A stretch of DNA of 64,000 nucleotides from Epithemia pelagica (taxonomy: Eukaryota > Protista > Bacillariophyta): the NCBI GenBank assembly GCA_946965045.2, contig OX337236.1:2604001-2668000 (forward strand), written 5' to 3'. Positions 43,615 through 56,900 of the stretch are shown one piece after another. Below the pieces are notes generated by a model that saw only the letters and a program-made list of their open reading frames with translations, was not told the origin of the DNA and made no database searches. The stretch's first letter is position 1. Each line of letters begins with the position of its first letter. The position numbers and the translations under genes were made by a program.

Positions 43615-44990
43615 TCTTCGTTCTTGGGATTGGAACGATGCATTCGCCGAGCGACGACAAGGACGCCTACGAGTACTACAACTTGTGGTCGTTGAAAGTT
43701 ATTTCGCTGGTAGGATGGTTCTCTTTCTCTTAATCCATTTACTGCATGGTTCGTTCCTTCCAAACTCTGAACAGTCGTCGTTGGATGGGCTTTTTTGGTC
43801 GTCCTTGTCTCATGACAACGCCCAAGCGTGTCTTTTGGAGTCGCTCGGAGAGTGACGTTTATGGATCAATCTTCTACACAAACCCTCACCCATCGATGGA
43901 AACTATATGTATGCTAAGGCGTAATTCTCCTTTCGTTGGCGCACTGGAGTGCGTGCGCGCGGGTCGGCACGGCGGAGTTTTTCCTGTTCCGTCATCTTTT
44001 TGTGTGTGTTACAAATTACAGAACGTTGGTTCCTCTTCTTCTTCTTGGGTGATGGTGCTGGTTCCCGAACAGAGACCACGCAAACGAGAAAGGCATTGAT
44101 GCAAGACGGTGACGATTCTTGTCTCCTTATGTTTTCTCGAGCCACACAGCGATGGCGACCACACACACACACAAGACAGGCTTGTGCGTGTGTATGTCTG
44201 GAGATATGGTTTCTCTCGGACATGCTTTCAACACTGAGAATTCGTTTCGTCAGACGCACTTGGGGTGTTGTGGTGGTTGTGATAGTACTAGAGAGAGCAA
44301 TCGAGCGACCGAGAAATTGAGGGAGAGACACAAATCTCCAGGGCGACGACGACGACGACGACGACATGTGTGGTTGGTTGGTTGTTGCTACCACTACTAC
44401 TACGACTGCCTCTGGGTATGGGTGCTGCAACGCGATTGGAGCGGCGCTTGTAGTACGACGTAGTTGTCTCTTGTGTGTGTGGGTGGGTGGTCCAGCGACG
44501 TGTGTGTGTAGGGATGGGTGGGTGGCCCTCGTTTCTCCAGAGACATGTTCGACACACCAGATGCTCCAGTCTCCTCGAGTTAGGGAAGAATGCAGTCCTA
44601 CTCGAGAGCGAGCAACATACCGACTAACTATACACTTGTAGGTACTTCAAAGGAGGAGGATTGGAAAAACAACTTGATTCTTTACTAAGAATTAAATTTC
44701 TGTTTCGAAGAGCATCTCTTTATGCGGCGTTTTGGTTCGTTACTGCTTTGATTGGAGTTTGTATTTTGGTCTTTTTTGTATTTTTGGTTCAATGTTTTGG
44801 TTTGATAGTTTTTCGTTATTATTGTTCTTTTGGTTCGTTGTTGTTGGTTGTCATTGTTGGATATTTCTTTCTTTTGATGTCTTTTTTTCTTGTTGTGTAT
44901 GTTTTTGTTCTTGATTCGTTTCATTCTTGTTGTTTCTTTCCTTGGCCATGGCACAGGCCCAAAGCATTCATAGTTGTTGCGTTGGGTTCC

Positions 44991-47900
44991 TTACGACCCA
45001 TTCATGTAGATTGGGGAAACAGTAATATCCATGTTTTTCATTTCGATTGCAAAGTTCACACGACGATCGTAACTGAACGGTTCAATGTTACTGATCGTAA
45101 TCGTGAAGGACGTCTTCGTGGAGCTGGACGACGAAATAGACACGAAAACATCATTGGGTTCATAGGCGTCCATGTAATAGCTGTCATCGTCCCTCGTGCC
45201 GACACTAAAGCTGTCCAAATGCAATCGGGTGTAACCCACTGTCAACAGAAGAGTACCGGCTGGTCCACGTGACTTGTGCAAATCAAACTTGATGGTCAAC
45301 GTGGTTAACGACGGTGGGAGCACCACGGTTCGTCCGGCTTCAATGTCACGGGGAATCTTGATGAACTTCTTGCCATTCTCTTTAACGGTCTGAGCCAAGC
45401 CTAATGCGTCAATTTGGATGGGCATCCGCTCGGGTTCGGGTGTGGGACAGTACACGTCACAAGGATAGGCAAAGTCCAAACGATAACCCGATTCGTGGAA
45501 TGATTTCGGGTCAGGACATTTCATGGCCAGAGTACCTTCAATCACATCGCCGAAAAATTCATCAAAGGCATGAACGGTACCACGAGCGTAACCATCGGCA
45601 GCGCAATCAATAGTAAATTCATCCTTTAGTTCACCGTATGGGACGGCATGGTTGTCATGACAGTGCGGCGTACTCAAATAGTTGTCTGTGTAGTTCACAA
45701 GCATGCGACAGACACTGTTGGTCCACTCTTGTGCAACCTTCACCGTCACGGTAGTCGGTGTCTGTCGAATGAGTCGGACAGCACTGTGAGGAATAGGAGG
45801 TTTGGTCGTTCCCCAATCAATCTCCGCCGGACATCTACTTTCACAATTGGAACGGACTCGTACAGAATCCACATCCACAGTCAACGTTCCGACTTGCGTC
45901 TTGAATGCCAAAAAGAATACATCGGGGGTCTGGAAAAAGGACGATGGAACAGTCATTCCCACATGGCAGTGTGTAGTAGATGGATAACAGGATACGACAA
46001 CGCCGACATTTTCTGAAAATTGGCCAGAGAGATGGTCCTCTGAATCCCCGGGAGCAAAGGTGCCAATGCGGAAATCATGTTTACCCGCCATGACGATCAA
46101 ATCACCCGGCGCTTCTTTGGTAAAACTGAACTCAGCGGTAATACTCGAAGTTTTCTCGGGAAGGATGTAGGTCTGACCCACAATCTTGGTGCCGTAGTGA
46201 CTCAAGTATGTGGACCAATCACCGGCAGTCTTGGTAACCTCGGAACCACATGGTTCGTCCTCCTCAGGCTTGCAGGCCGGAGGTCCATACGAGCATGGCA
46301 AGGTAAAGACGTATTTGTGGGTATGGTCTGAATCAATCACGTGGCATTTTTCAGGGACATCAATATGATCTCCAGCCACGAGCTTCTCATCGTAAGCGAA
46401 AATGGTCACAGTCACCTTTCCATTTACGCATTGGGCTGTGTGCACTTCCGGTTCACCCGGTTCCACATTGGACGAATCAGCGCATGTTTCAACGATTCCG
46501 CCATGTTCCTTCTTATGATACAACACAGACAAGAGACAGAGAGTGTCATCCAGGAATTCTTGTTTCACCAAGAAAGTAACATCCGTGTGTCCATAGTCAA
46601 GAATGTAGATGGGAGGTTCCAAAGGATTGTGGGTGATGGAACTGGAGGGCTCCATTTGTTCCACGTACGGACATCCCTCACAGTAGGCATAGATGGACAC
46701 ATTGTCCACAACAAAATGACCGTCCTTAAACGAAAAGCCAAGGTAAAAGATATCGTCGAACATATCGGCGTCAACAAACATGGTCACATCACATTGACTT
46801 GTTGCGCTTCTGCTTCCAACAGTGCAGCTAACGCTCACTGGAACTTCATCGCCGAAAGTATATTCGAATGAGTTATCTCGTCCAATCGCGGCGAAATGAC
46901 CCATTTTCAAAGTAGGCTTTTTGCCAACTGAAACCATGAGGTCACCATCATGCTTCACGTCAAGTGTAAACTTCACACTCAAAGAGACACTGCTGGATGG
47001 TGGGATGTAAGTCCGGCTTGTGTAATTGTAGTGATTTGAAGACACAGTTGAGCTCCAATCTCGAATACTCCTTGTAACATCGTCGTCACAATCATAGTCC
47101 TCCGGCTCACAAATCGGTCGCATTTCCTCGCATGGGAACTCATAAATAAATCGCTGTATCTTATCACTCTCGGAAATGGACTTCATATCTGAACATTGGC
47201 CGTAGACATGATGATGTGTCGGGTTTTCAGGGAACATCGGTTCATACAGGAAAATTTCGATTTGAGCCATTCCTTGATAGCACTGGATCGTGTATTCAAA
47301 TGATTCGCCATGGGCCACTTCGTTTTGCTCGTCACACATGTGCTCATTCGGTTGAATCGGCTTGGTTGAATCGTATCGTTTGTAATATGCGGCGTACTTG
47401 CAAACAGGGTCATTCCACCACAATTGATCAACAGCTACAACCACAGCAGAGGAATTGTACGAAATGGCTTGAACTGGAATATCGTATTCGTGGGTCGCAA
47501 TATCAATGCTGTTATTTCCCGGAGGTGTGGCATCCTGAACGTACGGACAGACATCGGTAGGTGGCAGAGTTGGGACGGACGTTGGAACGCTGGTGGGTGT
47601 CAGTGTTGGGGCAGCTGTGGGTGCGTAACATTGGATATCCACGCTGAAATCTTTTATTCCGAGTGTTCCTTTTGGAATAACAATGAGAATACCGAATACA
47701 TCAGAAGGATAATGGTTGTGGGAAGACGAGAATACAAGAGTAAACTGGCGGATCACAACGTCAGAAATAGACTTCATATCCATCGTCTTCACATGATGAA
47801 TATGGACACCATTGTCAAGTAATTCGTTTTCTCGGTCTTCGTGATAGATTGGGATCTCAAAATTGCTTCCAGATAGTGTCATATTTGCGGGCCTTGATTC

Positions 47901-50900
47901 GTCCTTGTGTTCCAGTGTCATAAAACTGACTGTCACTTGTGCTGTATTTTTAGGAACTGATAGCGACCGATAAACGTGGATCGGCGAATTTCCAGCTATC
48001 ACCGCTGCGTCTATCTTATCGCCTTCATGCCCAAAACTTCCTGGGATCGCACCAATGTATTCTTCTACGCCATTTCCGTCTACCATGTCGTCAAACATAA
48101 TCTCGTGTACATTAACATCACTGCTTCTCGCAAGAACATCCACGCACTCTTCAAGTACTGGATACGGGCACCGTGGATTTTCAACACATTCAACCATGTA
48201 ACGGAAATGCTTGACATTGTCCGACGAGGATATCGCACACCCTTCTGGTGGATTGTGGTCGGCATCTTCACTGAATGATGAATCACGCACGTAGACATCG
48301 ATCTCGGCCATATCCTTCACACAGACAACAGTATATCTTCCCACGTGACCATACGGAGTGTCCATATTCGTACCCTTCTTCTCGTTATAACACTCACTTC
48401 CAACGCCAGATTCCTCATTACCTGGCAGGTAGGTCGCCAACTCTTCCACCGTCGGCGCCAAATACTGAAACACATCCAACATAATTTCGTTATTGCCAGC
48501 TGCCGCAATTTTGACGAGACTATACTCCTCCTCTGACGCGGATGATTCCATGTGCACCGAGTCGGGACAGAACTTGCTCGGGCTACTACTTGGCATCGAG
48601 CTGGGAGACAAACTTGGGCTAGCGCTCGGCGATGAACTTGGACTGGCACTGGGTAATGCACTCGGGGAAGTGCTCGGTGGAGAGCTTGGAGTGTAGCATT
48701 GCATTGATACATGCATAGACTCAATGCCCACAATTCCATGTGCAACGCGGAACCCGACTTTGAGGACATCATGTGGGTAATGATGAGGCTGGAAATGTAG
48801 CCAGATCTTTCGGGCGTAATAATCTTCTGTCCCCCAATGTAAGTCCTCCACCTTCAAATAAACTTTGTTCGGCAGTTCGACATCGGAGTCTCCTTGTGGA
48901 ATTTTAACACGAGAATGCTTGTCGTCCAAACTCACAATAATATGGTGTGGTCTATTTTCAATCTTTTCGACAATGACAATCTCCATTCCGACTGTTTCCG
49001 TCTTGGACGGTACCCAAATGTTCTTGAAAAGCCAATACGGTGCAGGGATCAGAACTAAATGCTTGCGATCACCAATCTCTCCAGCAACCCCGTCGAGATA
49101 GGAGTCCACATGCTCCTGTAGTTTCATGTCTTCGGACAAGATCACGCCATGGCCGTTCTCTTCATAGAACGAATCACAATCGGATGGACCCGGATGCTCG
49201 CAGAAGTCGTACAGCATACATGGTACTTTGTATGAGAACTTTTTGACCTGCTCGCCCGATGAGGGGATGATATTTTCACCGCTGCAGTCCTTAGGTATGT
49301 CATGGACAACCGAGGTATATGTCGTGTCAAAGGCATATATATCAAAGTACGCGTATCCATATTCATCACACTTTGCCGTATACCGATCAGAGCGACCATA
49401 TGGAACATTTGCACCACCGGTATGGCAGACTCTCGTCCCTCCAGAATGTTCTTCAAAGTCAATCATTAAACCGCAAAGCGAAGTTTTCTTTACATGTTGG
49501 TGGACTTCGACTGTGACAGTCTCTTTATCCCAGGCATAAATCGTAATGAGATTGTGGAATGGTGCTGCTTCAGGTTCTCCAAGGAAAATTGCACTGTATG
49601 GGCATGTGTCGAAGAAGAGTGAAGAAGGACTACTGCTCGGAGACAAGGAAGGACTGCTGCTGGGCGACGAACTCGGAGATTCACTGGGTGAATTAGATGG
49701 AGACTCGGACGGATGGACGCTATAGTCCGCAGTAGGTGCCAATGATGGATTGGAACTCGGAGAGCTACTTGGACTAGAGCTCGGACTTGAACTCGGCGAT
49801 TCACTGGGAGATTCGGAGGGAGCCTCACTGTCAGACACCGAGGGCGCAGTAGATGGCTCAGAGCTTGGAGACGAACTTGGTTCCGAACTCGGAGATGAAC
49901 TGGGAGATGCACTCGGTGACATACTCGGAGATGAACTCGGAAGAGCACTGGGTGATTCACTCGGATTAGAACTAGGAGCATAACATTGCAAGTCCATGCT
50001 GTAGCTCAAAATTCCAAATTGCCAGCCATCATGGTGAGTGAAAAACGTGATGGTTACAACATTGTGCTGGTAGAACCTGGGTGTCAAATATACTTCCAAA
50101 TGTAGGATATGATATCCCGTATGAGCGTTCTCTTCCTTGGTAAGACTTGCATGTAAACCATTCGAGTATGTCTTGGGATCGTGGAGATTCGTAATATCCC
50201 AAATTTCTTCGTCATTGGAGAAACTAAAACCAATACCTTCGTGTGCGTTAACATTCTTTACAATCAGACTGAAACGCGCGATCACAAGCTCCGTATAAGC
50301 TGGAATATGCACACTCTTGGCCACCATAGTATGGTTCTTCTTCAAAACAGCAACAGGATGAGTTCCCCACATGCCATGGTATGTGTTTACCCATGTATCC
50401 ACCTCAGCGTCACTATACATCGTACCCGAAGCAAAGGTTGTACCGTCCGAGTTGCTCGACAAGAAATCGTAACAATCCGGAACCTCCGGGTATGGACATC
50501 TGGGAGGGAGGTTACACGGAACTTTGTATGAAAACTTTTTGATCATAGACTTGTCTTTGTTCATGAACTTATCATGACAAGCTTTATGAATCGAATCGGA
50601 ATCAAGATAAAGATCTTTGAACGTAATATCCCACGCGTAAATATCAAACTTGGCAAATCCATCTTCGTCACATTTGGCTGTGTAATTGTCGTGATGACCA
50701 AAGCCAACATCCAATCCTCCATCTGCACAAACATATTGATCATCCAAGTCATGGTAATGTGTGAAAAAGGCACAAAGAGAACCCTCCTTCACATACTGGT
50801 GAACTCCTGCCGTAACACTCTGGTTGTTCCAGGCATAAATGGTGATCAAAATGTCCAACGGATAGGCATTGGAATGCTCAATAACATACTTCGCATCATA

Positions 50901-53900
50901 CGGACACTCTTCGGTAGGAGTGCTGCTCGGAGATGAACTGGGACTAGAGCTCGGAGATGTACTGGGAGAGGAGCTTGGTGAGCTGCTTGGCGAGGAACTA
51001 GGAGATGCGCTTGGTGAACTGCTTGGAGATGAGCTGGGAGATGCACTTGGTGACATACTCGGAGATGAACTCGGAAGAGCACTGGGTGATTCACTCGGAT
51101 TAGAACTAGGAGCATAACATTGCAAGTCCATGCTGTAGCTCAAAATTCCAAATTGCCAGCCATCATGGTGAGTGAAAAACGTGATGGTTACAACATTGTG
51201 CTGGTAGAACTTGGGTGTCAAATATACTTCCAAATGTAGGATATGATATCCCGTATGAGCGTTCTCTTCCTTGGTAAGACTTGCATGTAAACCATTCGAG
51301 TATGTCTTGGGATCGTGGAGATTCGTAATATCCCAAATTTCTTCGTCATTGGAGAAACTAAAACCAATACCTTCGTGTGCGTTAACATTCTTTACAATCA
51401 GACTGAAACGCGCGATCACAAGCTCCGTATAAGCTGGAATATGCACACTCTTGGCCACCATAGTATGGTTCTTCTTCAAAACAGCAACAGGATGAGTTGC
51501 CCACATGCCATGGTATGTGTTTACCCATGTATCCACCTCAGCGTCACTATACATCGTACCCGAAGCAAAGGTTGTACCGTCCGAGTTGCTCGACAAGAAA
51601 TCGTAACAATCCGGAACCTCCGGGTATGGACATCTGGGAGGGAGGTTACACGGAACTTTGTATGAAAACTTTTTGATCATAGACTTGTCTTTGTTCATGA
51701 ACTTATCATGACAAGCTTTATGAATCGAATCGGAATCAAGATAAAGATCTTTGAACGTAATATCCCACGCGTAAATATCAAACTTGGCAAATCCATCTTC
51801 GTCACATTTGGCTGTGTAATTGTCGTGATGACCAAAGCCAACATCCAATCCTCCATCTGCACAAACATATTGATCATCCAAGTCATGGTAATGTGTGAAA
51901 AAGGCACAAAGAGAACCCTCCTTCACATACTGGTGAACTCCTGCCGTAACACTCTGGTTGTTCCAGGCATAAATGGTGATCAAAATGTCCAACGGATAGG
52001 CATTGGAATGCTCAATAACATACTTCGCATCATACGGACACTCTTCGGTAGGAGTGCTGCTCGGAGATGAACTGGGACTAGAGCTCGGAGATGTACTGGG
52101 AGAGGAGCTTGGTGAGCTGCTTGGCGAGGAACTAGGAGATGCGCTTGGTGAACTGCTTGGAGATGAGCTGGGAGATGCACTTGGTGACATACTCGGAGAT
52201 GAACTCGGAAGAGCACTGGGTGATTCACTCGGATTAGAACTAGGAGCATAACATTGCAAGTCCATGCTGTAGCTCAAAATTCCAAATTGCCAGCCATCAT
52301 GGTGAGTGAAAAACGTGATGGTTACAACATTGTGCTGGTAGAACTTGGGTGTCAAATATACTTCCAAATGTAGGATATGATATCCCGTATGAGCGTTCTC
52401 TTCCTTGGTAAGACTTGCATGTAAACCATTCGAGTATGTCTTGGGATCGTGGAGATTCGTAATATCCCAAATTTCTTCGTCATTGGAGAAACTAAAACCA
52501 ATACCTTCGTGTGCGTTAACATTCTTTACAATCAGACTGAAACGCGCGATCACAAGCTCCGTATAAGCTGGAATATGCACACTCTTGGCCACCATAGTAT
52601 GGTTCTTCTTCAAAACAGCAACAGGATGAGTTGCCCACATGCCATGGTATGTGTTTACCCATGTATCCACCTCAGCGTCACTATACATCGTACCCGAAGC
52701 AAAGGTTGTACCGTCCGAGTTGCTCGACAAGAAATCGTAACAATCCGGAACCTCCGGGTATGGACATCTGGGAGGGAGGTTACACGGAACTTTGTATGAA
52801 AACTTTTTGATCATAGACTTGTCTTTGTTCATGAACTTATCATGACAAGCTTTATGAATCGAATCGGAATCAAGATAAAGATCTTTGAACGTAATATCCC
52901 ACGCGTAAATATCAAACTTGGCAAATCCATCTTCGTCACATTTGGCTGTGTAATTGTCGTGATGACCAAAGCCAACATCCAATCCTCCATCTGCACAAAC
53001 ATATTGATCATCCAAGTCATGGTAATGTGTGAAAAAGGCACAAAGAGAACCCTCCTTCACATACTGGTGAACTCCTGCCGTAACACTCTGGTTGTTCCAG
53101 GCATAAATGGTGATCAAAATGTCCAACGGATAGGCATTGGAATGCTCAATAACATACTTCGCATCATACGGACACTCTTCGGTAGGAGTGCTGCTCGGAG
53201 ATGAACTGGGACTAGAGCTCGGAGATGTACTGGGAGAGGAGCTTGGTGAGCTGCTTGGCGAGGAACTAGGAGATGCGCTTGGTGAACTGCTTGGAGATGA
53301 GCTGGGAGATGCACTTGGTGACATACTCGGAGATGAACTCGGAAGAGCACTGGGTGATTCACTCGGATTAGAACTAGGAGCATAACATTGCAAGTCCATG
53401 CTGTAGCTCAAAATTCCAAATTGCCAGCCATCATGGTGAGTGAAAAACGTGATGGTTACAACATTGTGCTGGTAGAACTTGGGTGTCAAATATACTTCCA
53501 AATGTAGGATATGATATCCCGTATGAGCGTTCTCTTCCTTGGTAAGACTTGCATGTAAACCATTCGAGTATGTCTTGGGATCGTGGAGATTCGTAATATC
53601 CCAAATTTCTTCGTCATTGGAGAAACTAAAACCAATACCTTCGTGTGCGTTAACATTCTTTACAATCAGACTGAAACGCGCGATCACAAGCTCCGTATAA
53701 GCTGGAATATGCACACTCTTGGCCACCATAGTATGATTCTTCTTCAAAACAGCAACAGGATGAGTTCCCCACATGCCATGGTATGTGTTTACCCATGTAT
53801 CCACCTCAGCGTCACTATACATCGTACCCGAAGCAAAGGTTGTACCGTCCGAGTTGCTCGACAAGAAATCGTAACAATCCGGAACCTCCGGGTATGGACA

Positions 53901-56900
53901 TCTGGGAGGGAGGTTACACGGAACTTTGTATGAAAACTTTTTGATCATAGACTTGTCTTTGTTCATGAACTTATCATGACAAGCTTTATGAATCGAATCG
54001 GAATCAAGATAAAGATCTTTGAACGTAATATCCCACGCGTAAATATCAAACTTGGCAAATCCATCTTCGTCACATTTGGCTGTGTAATTGTCGTGATGAC
54101 CAAAGCCAACATCCAATCCTCCATCTGCACAAACATATTGATCATCCAAGTCATGGTAATGTGTGAAAAAGGCACAAAGAGAACCCTCCTTCACATACTG
54201 GTGAACTCCTGCCGTAACACTCTGGTTGTTCCAGGCATAAATGGGGATCAAAATGTCCAACGGATAGGCATTGGAATGCTCAATAACATACTTCGCATCA
54301 TACGGACACTCTTCGGTAGGAGTGCTGCTCGGAGATGAACTGGGACTAGAGCTCGGCGATGTACTGGGAGAGGAGCTTGGTGAGCTGCTTGGCGAGGAAC
54401 TAGGAGATGCGCTTGGTGAACTGCTTGGAGATGAGCTGGGAGAGGAACTAGGTGAACTACTCGGAGAGGAACTCGGAGCAGAGCTGGGTGATTCACTAGG
54501 ACTTGAACTGGGTGAGGTGCTGGGTGAAGAGCTAGGATTCGCACTGGAATACGATGGTTTCCAGCTCGGCGATGAACTAGGCACAGCGCTTGGACTCTCA
54601 CTTGGCGAAGAACTAGGGCTTTCACTTGGCGAAGAACTCGGACTTTCACTCGGAGAAGAACTGGGGTTCGAACTAGGGGACGAGCTGGGAACAGCACTGG
54701 GAGAAGAGCTGGGACTCGAACTCGGATCCGAACTTGGTGCTGAAGACGGCTCACTACTTGGAGATTCAGATGGACTTTCACTTGGAGATGCCGATGGGGA
54801 TTCAGACGGATGATCACTTGCAGTGATTGTAGGTTGGTTTGATGGCGAGCTACTCGGGGACTCTGATGGATGGACACTTGCCGTGATTGTTGGTGACATC
54901 GATGGCGAACTACTGGGACTGGAACTCGGAGATGCACTTGGAGAAGAACTCGGAGATGCACTGGGAGAAGAGCTCGGAGATGCCGAAGGTGAAGAACTAG
55001 GCAACGAAGACGGACTTGCACTTGGACTGCTGCTTGGACTGCTGCTCGGTTCTGAACTCGACGTCATTGATGGAGGAGACGAAGGCTCAGAACTTGGACT
55101 GAAGCTAGGCGATGAACTAGGGTTGAAACTGGGCTCTGAGCTTGGTGATGCACTGGGACTTGCACTCGGCGACGAACTCGGTGACGAACTGGGAGAACTG
55201 CTTGGTGATGAAGATGGCTCAGAGCTTGGAGACGAACTTGGTTCCGAACTCGGAGATGAACTGGGAGATGCACTCGGTGACATACTCGGAGATGAACTCG
55301 GAAGAGCACTGGGTGATTCACTCGGATTAGAACTAGGAGCATAACATTGCAAGTCCATGCTGTAGCTCAAAATTCCAAATTGCCATCCGTCATGGTGTGC
55401 GAAAAACGTGATGGTAACAACATTCTCCTGGTAGAACTTGGGTGTCAAATATACTTCCAAATGTAGGATATGATATCCCTCAGGGACGTTCTCTTCCTTG
55501 GTAAGACTTGCATGTAAACCATTCGAGTATGTCTTGGGATCGTGGAGATTCGTAATATCCCAAATTTCTTCGTCATTGGAGAAACTAAAACCAATACCTT
55601 CGTGTGCGTTAACATTCTTTACAATCAGACTGAAACGCGCGATCACAAGCTCCGTATAAGCTGGAATATGCACACTCTTGGCCACCATAGTATGGTTCTT
55701 CTTCAAAACAGCAACAGGATAAGTTCCCCACATGCCATGGTATGTGTTTACCCATGTATCCACCTCAGCGTCACTATACATCGTACCCGAAGCAAAGGTT
55801 GTACCGTCCGAGTTGCTCGACAAGAAATCGTAACAATCCGGAACCTCCGGGTATGGACATCTGGGAGGGAGGTTACACGGAACTTTGTATGAAAACTTTT
55901 TGATCATAGACTTGTCTTTGTTCATGAACTTATCATGACAAGCTTTATGAATCGAATCGGAATCAAGATAAAGATCTTTGAACGTAATATCCCACGCGTA
56001 AATATCAAACTTGGCAAATCCATCTTCGTCACATTTGGCAGTGTAATTGTCGTGATGACCAAAGCCAACATCCAATCCTCCATCTGCACAAACATATTGA
56101 TCATCCAAGTCATGGTAATGTGTGAAAAAGGCACAAAGAGAACCCTCCTTCACATACTGGTGAACTCCTGCCGTAACACTCTGGTTGTTCCAGGCATAAA
56201 TGGTGATCAAAATGTCCAACGGATAGGCATTGGAATGCTCAATAACATACTTCGCATCATACGGACACTCTTCGGTAGGAGTGCTGCTCGGAGATGAACT
56301 GGGACTAGAGCTCGGCGATGTACTGGGAGAGGAGCTTGGTGAGCTGCTTGGCGAGGAACTAGGAGATGCGCTAGGTGAGCTGCTGGGTGAGGAACTAGGC
56401 GATTCACTTGGCGAGCTACTCGGAGAGGAACTGGGAGATGTGCTGGGCGAGCTGCTGGGAGCTGAACTGGGAGATTCACTTGGTGATGCACTTGGACTAG
56501 CACTTGGCTCCGAGCTCGGCGACTCACTAGGATTCTCACTGGAATACGACGGCTTCCAGCTTGGAGAGGAACTTGGACTCGAACTTGGTGAAGAACTTGG
56601 ACTAGCACTCGGAGAAGAACTGGGACTTTCACTCGGAGACGAGCTTGGTTCTGAGCTGGGCGACGAGCTGGGAACGGAACTCGGAGAAGCACTTGGACTA
56701 GAACTAGGACTCGAACTCGGTGCTGAAGACGGCTCACTACTTGGAGACTCAGATGGACTGGAACTCGGAGAGGCCGAAGGGGACTCAGACGGATGAACAC
56801 TTGCAGTGATTGTAGGTGACATCGATGGCGAACTACTTGGAGACTCTGATGGATGAACACTTGCAGTGATTGTAGGTGACATCGATGGCGAACTACTGGG

